Under the pieces are notes generated by a model, which was given only the letters and a program-made list of their open reading frames with translations, searched no databases and had not been told where the DNA came from. The position numbers and the translations under genes were made by a program. 64,000 bases of DNA. Origin: Carcharhinus longimanus (lineage: Eukaryota). The stretch covers positions 23,694,115 through 23,758,114 of the forward strand of contig JASCQW010000146.1 in the NCBI GenBank assembly GCA_030264375.1. Reading direction: 5' to 3'. Below are positions 1 to 9,317 of this stretch, one piece after another; position 1 is the stretch's first letter; the number at the start of each line of letters is the position of its first letter.

Positions 1-69
1 TGGCGGGGCAGGCTCGAAGGGCTAGATGGCCTACTCCTGCTCCTATTTCTTATGTTCTTATGTTCTTAT
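1..69 (+). mobile_element. 3' terminus of a CR1-clade LINE
   Basis: GGCTCGAAGGGCTAGATGGCCTACTCCTGCTCCTAT followed by a (TTCTTATG)n tail, typical of chondrichthyan CR1 3' ends; similar tails at ~19060-19115 and ~40410-40460. Confidence 0.8.
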
Positions 70-190
70 TTCCAAAGTTTGGTCATGGTGAGAGAATCAG
101 GCCTCTGTCAGTCAGGGAGGTGATGGAGTAAAGTTGGATCATGTACACCACATCTGAGAGCCGTCACATAATCAGACAAGAGCAGACTAT

Positions 191-664
191 GGCCAGAATT
201 CTCTGATGCTGTATGCCCCAGCACTGCTGACAGCGAGAATGGAGAATTTGGTGCTCAGCCAAATCTTCATTCAGAGCAGCGACACTGGAGAATACCAGTT
301 GCGGATGAGGTCAGGGAATCCCAGCCTCCACACATTGCAATGGGACAGAAAATCCCAGCTGCAGACAAGACCAGAGTATCCCAGCCTCCACTTGCTGCAG
401 CAGGACTGGAGAATCCCAGCTGCGGATGAGGTTGGAGAATTTCAACCTCCTTTCATTGCAGCAGGACTGGAGATTCCCAGTCTCCATTCACTGCAGTGGG
501 ACCACAGAATTCCAGCTATGGAAGAGGTTGGAGAATCCTGGCCTCCATTCACTTCAGCGGGAGTGGAGAATCCCAACAGCAGACAAGGTCAGAGAATCCC
601 AGCCTCCACACACTGCAGCGGGACTGGAGATTCCCAGCTATCGATGAGATTGGAGAATTCTGGC
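191..664 (+). mobile_element. MITE-like element with an internally expanded ~59-bp tandem array
   Basis: Perfect 12-bp TIR GCCAGAATTCTC (192-203) / GAGAATTCTGGC (653-664). About 7 degenerate copies of CTCCATTCACTGCAGCGGGACTGGAGAATCCCAGCTGCGGATGAGGTTGGAGAATCCCAGC. Monomeric relatives at 54190-54324 and ~63700-63831. Confidence 0.75.
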
Positions 665-1174
665 TGATAGCTGTGAACTACACTCACCTTCAGTAAAACT
701 AATTCAGCAGAGTTGCAGACTGAGATCGCCATGATTCCTGTATTTTTGATAGCTTTAAGGTGTAATTGTTAATTAAATCTGTGATAGCTTGTATCATATG
801 CTTAGCTGACCCTAGCAGAAAACTAATGGGAATTTTATGTTTATTTATTCATATAGACACAAACTACCAATTCAGGTGAATAAATTACTAATACTTCCAG
901 CTAAATGAACAGCATGGTTCAAGGATTGTAATTTTTTTTAAGATAGGAGAGGATATTGAAAATTGGAGAAATAGCCTGTGATATTTTTACCCTCATTTTC
1001 CCTAAAACAATCCAAGACAGTCAAACTTGAAATCCTTGAACAATGTAAATGGAAAAGTCAGTCTGGACTCCAACTCAAATGCACTTCTTTCAGATGGGAC
1101 TCCAGTATCTTGAAGTTGGAACACGCAGAGAAACAGTATTGTTTAATCATTGTGAATAGTCCTTGCCAATCTTG

Positions 1175-1320
1175 AAGTTTAAGTTTATTTATTAATGTCA
1201 CAGTAGGCTTACACTAACACTGCAATGAAGTTACTGTGGAAATCCCCTAGTCACCCCTTTTCGGATACACTGAGGGAGAATGTAGAAAGGCCAATGCACC
1301 TAACCAGCACGTCTTTTGGA
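1175..1320 (-). mobile_element. 3' fragment of a V-SINE subfamily with an alternative tail
   Basis: AAGTTTATTTATT..GTAGGCTTACACTAACACTGCAATGAAGTTACTGTG; same tail as the copies at 34360-34615 and 38735-39027. Confidence 0.7.
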
Positions 1321-1409
1321 AGTATCACTAAATCTTAATTAAAATACTGTTAGAAATGTCTTCCAAAGTGCTATCACGTGCTGTTGTTTATCTGTTCTTC
1401 CTTCCACAG

Positions 1410-1483
1410 CTTCCTATGTGCCAGAGAAGAAAGGCAAACAGTCGTTCCTGTACAACAGTGGTGGAAAGTGGGTGCCGTTATAG
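1410..1483 (+). CDS. STPG1: Last coding exon of sperm-tail PG-rich repeat containing 1
   Basis: Polypyrimidine acceptor TTCTTCCTTCCACAG| then phase-1 frame xSYVPEKKGKQSFLYNSGGKWVPL* (TAG 1481-1483). Matches the recalled human STPG1 C-terminus (..PGKQSFLYNEDKKWIPVL*). STPG1 is also the convergent neighbour of GRHL3 in human. Confidence 0.85.
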
Positions 1484-2259
1484 ACATTGATGGAGAAGCA
1501 AGCAAGGATAAATGGCTTTCCAGTGATTACACGTCACATCAGCTTATATTGCATATATGAAGGTGTGATCTGTGCTTTGGATGGCACTGGACACACAACA
1601 GCATGGATTCATCATCAATTTTGTCAGAATTCTATTGTGGAAAAAATACAATCATAATCAAGTTTTGGAATTTATTATTAACCTCGGATTGGGGACAGTT
1701 TCACCTGCATGTATCATGTAATGAACGTTTCCTAATGAAATATAAAAACTTCTCCTCCAAAGAAGAACAACTTTTTATTTTCTGTAGGAATCAGTTGAGG
1801 GCATTTGCATTTAAACTGTTGCTTATATTATCCATACAGGTACTGAAAGCATAAAGGTGTGATCTACTTTAAATCTTGGGTTAACATATTTATTTATCAT
1901 TATTTCAACCAAACAGCTCACGTAATAACACTTATTCTCCAAAGTAAAACCACATCATTATGGCCATTATAAGAAATTAGGGAGAATGTGGTGATTCAAA
2001 ACTGCACAGGATAGCATGTTATGTTAAATGCATTTGTAGTGAGTCAGCTTTATATTGTTGGCATCTCTGAACAAAATGCAAGCTGGTGTATTAATAACAA
2101 ACAACTGTGTTCCTTAAAATTTACCCTTTTGACCACGCTTTTGGTCATCCACCTAATATCTTCCTACAATGCGACTAACTCATTACCATAGCTATTAACC
2201 AATTATACTGCAAGGACAGCCACGAAAATGGGAATTATTGAGTTTGTTTTTGTGCTTGG

Positions 2260-3665
2260 AAGCTGTGGGTTGGCCATGTTTCACAGATATAGCAGAGAGG
2301 ATTTTAAACCAAATAGAGTGGACCAAGGATCAAATCTGGGATGATGTGGTAAATCAAATAGTAGAGACAAGTGAGAAAGGTAGTACCATGGGAAAGGACA
2401 GACAAGAAGGGACAGAGAATACAAATGTAAGAATAAATCAGCGATAAGACTGGAGATTACAAAAATAATAGAAGGACAAAATTAAAGAATTCGTATCTGA
2501 ATGCATGTAGCGTTGAAAACAAAACAGATTTATCAATAGTGCAAATAGAAATAAATAAGGATGATCTGAAAGCCATTACAGAGACAAAGCTACACGATGA
2601 CAGATTGGGAACAGAATATTGAAGGGTGCACAACATTTAGGAAGGATAATAGCTAGGAAACAGTGGTGGCTGGTTCGTTAATTAATGATGGTATTAGCAC
2701 AATAGAGAGGGATGACCTAAGCTCAAGTACCCATGATGCAGAAGCAGTTTAGATAGAGATGAAAAATGATAAAGGCAAGAAATCACTTTTGGGAGTGGTG
2801 TACAAGCCTCAGAGCAGTAGAGCAATAATCACTGGGGATTTTAACTTACATTGGAAAAAATCAGATTGGCAAAGGCTGCCTAATGAGGAATTAATAGAAT
2901 ATTTTCAGCATAATTTCTTAGAGCGGTGCCAATTCTGGCACCAATCAGACAGCAGACTATATTAGATCTGGTACTGTGCAATGAGATAGGATTAATTAAG
3001 CGTGATAGTGAGTGAGTCTATCGGCAGAAGTGATTATAATGTGATTGAATTTTACTTTCAGTTGGAGGGAGAGAAGGGTGGCTATAAGTAGCATTGGTTT
3101 GTAATGGAGTTCCTCAGGGATCAGTGTTGGGGTCCTTGCTCTTCCTGATAAGAAGGCCTAGACTACGGGGTTCAGGACATGATTTTAAAATTTGATGACA
3201 TAAAGATGGAAATGCTGCCTTGAATTTCAAAAGGACATGGACATTTTGATAAATTGGGCAGACAAGTGGCTAATGAATGTAACTGCAAAGAAGTGTGAGA
3301 TGATTAATTTTGGCCGGAAGAATATGGAGATAGTATAAAATAAATGGAATAGGGGGAATTCAGTGTATATGTACGTTGACCATTGAAGATGGCAGGGCAT
3401 GTTGAGAGAGCAATTCATGAAGCATACAATATCTTAGGTTTTATTAATAGGGACATTGAGTACAACAGTAAGGAGGTCATGTTAAACTTGTATAAGACAT
3501 TAGTTATGTCTCATCTAGAATGCTGCATGGAATTGTGTACACCATACTTAACAAAGGATGTGAGGCATTGGAGAGGAGATTCAGAAGAATGATTAAAGGA
3601 TAAAGAACTATAGCTATGAGGGTGGATTGGGGAGGTTGGCACTGTTTTTCTAGACGTAGAGTGCA
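2260..3665 (+). mobile_element. Decayed CR1 LINE ORF2 fragments (endonuclease region and RT C-terminal region, internally deleted)
   Basis: Translated pieces KKSLLGVVYKP..IITGDFN (APE endonuclease motif) and NILGFINRDIEYNSKEVMLNLYKTLV (CR1 ORF2 C-terminus); many stops and frameshifts. Confidence 0.85.
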
Positions 3666-5059
3666 CAGGAAGAGTGGTGGAAACAGTCTTTGAATGTTTT
3701 TAGGGCAAAGGTAGCTTTCTCAAACTCAAGAGATGAGGGTTCTTTAAATCATTCACCGGAGGAAGCTGGTGGGAGAGTGTCAGGAGTGGACTGGAAGATA
3801 TCATTGTGCCACAGGCTCATTAATGATATTTAAATCAAGATTTACATATATTTAAATATTATAATCAGCCTTGAGTCCTTCCCAGGTGCAAGGCTGATCA
3901 TGCTGGAAACTGGGACCCAGTAAGATTGCGAAAGGAGAGAAATCAGGCGCAAACTTGATTTTTGATCTCTCTTACAATGGGCTGGCTCACCTCACCCATT
4001 GACTGGCATGACAAGCAGGTAAGATTGCCCTTATTCTACAGTCATTCTAACCCAAACCATTTGATAACTGGATTAAATGCTGACTAATCCTGACAACATA
4101 TAGACCAATACCTACCCAATAGACCAATACCTGAATAACAAGATGTGCAATACTCAATATTTAAATGTAGCAATATTCTTTTATTCTCATCACCATTGAT
4201 ACATTGGTAGGTTTGAATAAACACCTAGACTACCACTGTAATGACAAAGTACAATACTTCATTTTGAATATCCCCTATGGCTCCTCAAGTCCGTCAAGCC
4301 AATTTATGCCACTTCCATGCTCATTCATGCACTTACAGATCTCTGGGCTTTCAGTCAAGAATAAATAATGAGGGTTGGCTGAGAGTGCAAAAACCAGAAC
4401 CTCATGGAAACTAATACTTGATTGAAAGCTCTGGTTCTGTGATCTATGCTGTCAATTGCACAATGTTAAAGCAGTTTCAAGTGCTTGCAGTTTTTGTTAT
4501 TAATACTTTAAAGGGTTTGAATGGTTGACAATGGTTGCCTTCAGTAAAAAGGAATTCTTTGAAGGAAGTGGAAAATAATCAATGGATGACTTTTTAAAAA
4601 AACTTTTCTAAAACATTCCAATAAGGTTTATTTGTTCTACATAATGGATAGTGGTACATGGACATGGGAATGCCATTGATTGGCATGGGACGCATGAGGA
4701 TCCACAGGGAATAAATGGGGAGCATAAAGTGGTATGGTTGGGGCATGACCGAGCATTTGAACTCAATCTTTCAAAAGGTTCTCTCGTGAAGCCTATGGTT
4801 CCTAACACCTCCGACTCTTGGAAAAGCTGGCTTGACTCCATGACAGTTGCAGGGGATTAGGATAAGCCTATCTGCTCAATAGAGCTTGCTAGATCAGGAC
4901 TGCAGGATGCAGGCTCGTGATCGAAACGCTTAAAATGCCCTGGTGAAAATCAGAAATCCAAGAATGGGAATGCCAATTGGCATTGAACCCTAGTTGTCAT
5001 TTCTAAAGCACACCAGAGTCTCCCCAGCTCTGTGAAAATTCAGCTCTACGCCGCCTAGT

Positions 5060-5720
5060 TCCAGACATATCTGCTAGGGGTGAAGCGTCTCAGCATCTAT
5101 CCTATCAGCTCCTCTCAGAATCTTTTATGTTTCAGTGAAACCACTTTGGTATTCTTCTAATCTTCATAGGGAATAGAAAAATCAACCTTTCCTCATTACG
5201 TAATCCTCTCACCCAACCAGGCATCAATTTAGTTAGCTATTGCACATCATTTAAGGCAGCAATATCCTTCTATAGATACACAGTCAGACTCTGTACGCTA
5301 TACTCTGGGTGTGGTCTCACAAATGTAGCAAAAGTTCCTTTATCTGGTATTTCAACTCCTTTGCAATAAAGGGCACCATACCTTAGTAAAGGTTTGTTGT
5401 ACCTCCATGTAAACTTCCCTGTTCCAGGAACAAAGAAACTCAAACACCACCACTGAATAGTTTTTCACCATTNNNNNNNNNNNNNNNNNNNNNNNNNNNN
5501 NNNNNNNNNNNNNNNNNNNNNNNNNNNNNNNNNNNNNNNNNNNNNNNNNNNNNNNNNNNNNNNNNNNNNNNNGAATAGTTTTTCACCATTTGAAAAAAAT
5601 GTTCTGTTTTCCTTCTTCTCTTACCAAAGTGTATAACCTCACATTTTCTCACCTTGTACTGTATTTGCCACTTCCTTGCCAAATTAGTAAACCTATCTGC
5701 ATCTGTTTGCAGACTCCATG
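5060..5720 (-). mobile_element. Decayed CR1 LINE fragment
   Basis: Minus-strand translation LQTDADRFTNLARKWQIQYKVRKCEVIHFG, from the CR1 RT region; spans the gap at 5473-5572. Confidence 0.75.
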
Positions 5721-6319
5721 GGCTGCAGTTTCTCAAGGTCTTCAGCACCCAGCCTAGGATCAAATGAACAACCCAAGCCCACACTTACTGTCAGCACAAC
5801 TGATGATGCAATCTTCCTGGAAGTTGTCTCCCAATTGGCTGCCTCTGAACTCGTTGTCTTATTAAGCATAATAAGTATTATTATGCTTAATACAGCTGGT
5901 GGACATGGAGAAGCTATATGGACTATGGAGCCTATAAAACGCTTGGACAATAGGTATTACACTCCTAGGAGTGGAGAAGAAATCCCTCTGTTCGAGGTGG
6001 GAATACGGCCTATCCTGCCCTGAACTCCATCTTGGGATATGACCCCTCCAGCTCAAATGGATCTCATCTTGCCAGCAGCGTCCATTGGTGGATCTGAAGG
6101 TGGTGGAGGCTGTTCCATCAGTGGCAGAATGCCCGTGTGGCCACAAAATCAGACCTAATGTGATCCGTAATTGCCTACCCATCCATGAAAAATGTCTTGG
6201 GTAGTGGGAATATATCGGGAGGCCATCCTAATAAGCTAACAACTATTTTGCCTGCCCCTCTCCCACTCCACCACCATCACCCCCATGTATCTGAGTCCTC
6301 TATCACAACCTTGCAAGAT

Positions 6320-6522
6320 TAAGCCTCTTGTGCCCTCCTTATAATGTACTTTCCCATCTAATGTTGTTCCATCAGCAAGGGACTTTTATTCTTACTCATT
6401 GTTTCCTGTCCTTCAGCCAATTCCCCCTCCATACTAAAAATATTGCTCACAATCCTATCGGCTTTTATTGTGTGCAGCAGCCTTTCATGTGGCACAGTAT
6501 TGAATGTTTTTATTGAAAATCC
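6320..6522 (-). mobile_element. CR1 RT fragment, left piece interrupted by an LTR
   Basis: Translates as FSIKTFNTVPHERLLHTIKA (the DFxKAFDxVPH motif); continues at 7609. Confidence 0.75.
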
Positions 6523-7608
6523 TGTTATAGAGAGGGGAGAAAAGCAAACTGAACTCTTCCATTTTCTTGCCACCTGTCCACAAGGAGAGGTGTTTTAAGT
6601 TTTGAAATAGGCTGTGGAGTGTTTGGCCAAATGATCTGTGAAGTTCATTTTTAAACTGACTCACAGAAAATTCTCTTTAGCACTAAACCAGAAGTATTGT
6701 TTATTCCTATATTCAAACCAGCACACTGGTCATCACAGTTACACACACGCAATCTCACACACACACACATATAGACACACACAGACACATACACACACAC
6801 GTGGGCTCAAGAGAAGCCCTGAAGATCTGAGACAGCAGCTGAAGATTGGTGATTCTGTGCGATAGTCTGTAAGGCAGATACCCTTTGGAGCAGTGGTGTT
6901 TTGCTTGGTGTGGCTGAAGATCTGAAAGTGTGTTGGGAAGGTGAAGATTGAGTATATGTAGAGATCCACAGGAAAGGAATCTCAGAAGACATGATTGAAA
7001 TACTGGAGGTGGATCCTTGTTAAAGCTGCCTGAGTGGAAGCAATATTTAGAGAGAATTCCAATGCGAGTTCTTCAAATATGTAGGTTGGAATCACTCAAG
7101 AGAAAGACAGAGTTTTAGTTAACTGGTAGGCTCACAGAATAACAATCATCTGGGTGGGATGCTGGTAAATCCATAGAATTTTTTTTGGTCACATCTGTCA
7201 TTTACTTTGGAGTGTGATATGTCTGACCACATTTCACCTATTGGTTCACAATGTACTTCATACTTATCCTGAACATTAAAGTGTAAGTTAGGTATGGTAA
7301 ATTGATTTATTTTTCCTTATTTGTATGTGTCTGTAAATATATAGCTGAGGTCAAGAAATAGTGAACACTTGAATCATTTTATTGTATTTGTACTGGAATT
7401 ATCCAACATTTTTGTCAGGTGTAATATAGTTAGTTTTTCTTGTCTAATAAATGTTTATTCTTTGTGTTAAAAATTCATCAGCAGATTCCTGTGAATTTGT
7501 TCAGTAGCTTACCTCCACGCTTTCTAAAAATATGGAAGTTGGGATCTATCAAACCAAGTTTCACTCTGGGATTGGAATTATCCAGTATTAATGTCTGCTG
7601 GGATCATA
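6523..7608 (+). mobile_element. Solo LTR (~1.09 kb)
   Basis: Begins TGTTATA and ends ..GCTGGGATCATA (terminal CA eroded). Flanked by ATCC on both sides (6519-6522, 7609-7612), cleanly splits a CR1 sequence, and has an internal AATAAA at ~7447. Confidence 0.65.
6740..6800. repeat. Imperfect (CA)n microsatellite
   Basis: Interrupted ACACAC runs inside the solo LTR. Confidence 0.85.
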
Positions 7609-7910
7609 ATCCAAATACACCACCTTCTCAGTTCCCTGTTATCTAACCAGCTACTTAAACCTTAAAAAGAATCAGGCTGGTCAGTTATGACTTCCCTTCC
7701 ACAGAATTGTGTTGGGTGTGTGTAATCACATGTTGATTTTTTAATTGCCCTGCTACCACATCCTTAAAAATGGATTCCAGCATTTTCATGATGACTGATG
7801 TCAGGCTAACTCCCCTATGGCTTCCTGTTCTCTCAGCCCCATCTTTCTTGGAAGGTGAGGTTACATTTGTTACCTTCCAACCCATTGAGACTGTTCTGGA
7901 ATCTAGGAAA
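7609..7910 (-). mobile_element. CR1 RT fragment, right piece
   Basis: Translates as WKVTNVTSPSKK..SHRGVSLTSVIMKMLESI (the WKxANVTPIFKK..NYRPVSLTS motif). Confidence 0.85.
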
Positions 7911-8147
7911 TATAATGCATTCATTATTTCAATTAAGATTTTTTGTCTCCCTGCAGGAACAAAATTTGTGTGTGCTGTGGAAGCATCCCATAGCTAACAT
8001 TTAATTATGTGGTAAAGTATCACTTCCTTCCAAATTACATGCTTCAGTTGCAGGATCTGTTAGCCATTGGTAAAAGCTACACTCATTGACAAAAGTGAAA
8101 GGAGAAAACTTAAACAGCAATAAATAATGTTAAATAGATCCTTGGTG

Positions 8148-9090
8148 GGGGGGCGCGATTCTCCCAAACAAACTCTAAGTGCTGAATTCATTTGAAAACT
8201 GGAGTAACTCCCGCCAATTTTTTTAACATGATTTTCAGAATGAATTTCTGATATTGTGTGCACTGCAGAGTGTCCTCGAGGGATTCACACTGAAAATCAG
8301 GGGGCAGGGCTTGTTTCCACTGGAGAGGCCAGCAGCATAGCGCTGAGTGGGCCACTGCGCATGCCCCGATCTGTCAGCACCCAAGATCGGTGCATGCACA
8401 GTGGCCTCATACTGCCACCTACCTGCTCACTGGCTAGCCCAGTGACTCCAGAGCGCTGCCCGTCCAACCATCCCACTCCCCAGTCGCTGCCTCCCGGATG
8501 TCTCCAAGCCAAGCCCAATGTTTTCCCTCCCCACTGCCCCCTCCGTCCCCCCCATAGCCCCAACCCCCCCCGAAAGCCCCAACCCGCTGGTCGACCCGAT
8601 CACCCCCTTCCCTCCTTCTGCAATCGATCCCAACGCAGAGTGCCACTGGGTCTCCTACATCCACCAATTGACTCCCCAATAGGCCCCCCCAATAGACCCT
8701 TCCCCCTTGCTAGCCAAACCGCCTTGGAACTGCCCAATGCCTGATGGGCAGTGTCAAGGTGCCCGTTGAGCAGTGCCTTCCAGGGGGCCAAGTTTGTACT
8801 GGCTGGAGGAACTCCCTCCTTACCCCTGACCTCCTGGGGTGTGGGGCTCTCCAGCAGGGTTGGGCCATCTGTTCCCCGTTAGTTGGGAGCTGTTGTAAAC
8901 CCTGATTTCTGTCCTGGGCCCACTTATAACATTCAAATTGAAATTTCAATATTCAAATCAGCTCTGCAATGATTTCCGCACGGAGTTGATTACTCCAAAA
9001 AACTTGGAGCTGGAGACTCATGGAGGCCATGGTGCCCAGTGAGGAATTCATTAAATGGCCTCCACTCAGCGAGCTGAGAGAAATGTCTCC
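8148..9090 (+). mobile_element. GC-rich non-autonomous DNA-transposon-like element
   Basis: Starts GGGGCGCGATTCTCCC..CTAAGTG..AAAACTGGAGTAA; the same terminus appears inverted at 60455-60519. Confidence 0.55.
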
Positions 9091-9145
9091 ATGCACATTA
9101 AAGTATGCTCCAAATCAATAATAGATCTCTGTGTTATTACATTGT

Positions 9146-9217
9146 CATGATGTGGGTATGCTGGCGTTGGACTGGCGTAAACACAGTAAAAAGTCTGACA
9201 ACACCAGGTTTTAGTCC
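9146..9217. mobile_element. End of a Penelope-like-derived repeat (other end at 10785-10831)
   Basis: CATGATGTGG..GGCGTTGGACTGG..ACAGTAAAAAGTCTGACAACACCAGG, a common shark repeat terminus; inverted copy at ~10798-10831; flanking direct repeat TGTTATTACATTGT. Confidence 0.6.
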
Positions 9218-9317
9218 NNNNNNNNNNNNNNNNNNNNNNNNNNNNNNNNNNNNNNNNNNNNNNNNNNNNNNNNNNNNNNNNNNNNNNNNNNNNNNNNNNN
9301 NNNNNNNNNNNNNNNNN

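Noticed and set aside
206-696. Overlapping 153/73/66-aa repetitive ORFs, and a superficially CRISPR-like repeat array
   Set aside because: The units are contiguous degenerate tandem copies of a MITE arm with no unique spacers; no cas genes; vertebrate context.
1378-1560. 60-aa ORF
   Set aside because: Wrong frame; the real exon is the spliced STPG1 frame ending at 1483.
8256-8949. Cluster of Pro/Gly-rich ORFs up to 162 aa
   Set aside because: A by-product of a GC-rich repeat; open on both strands with no domain.
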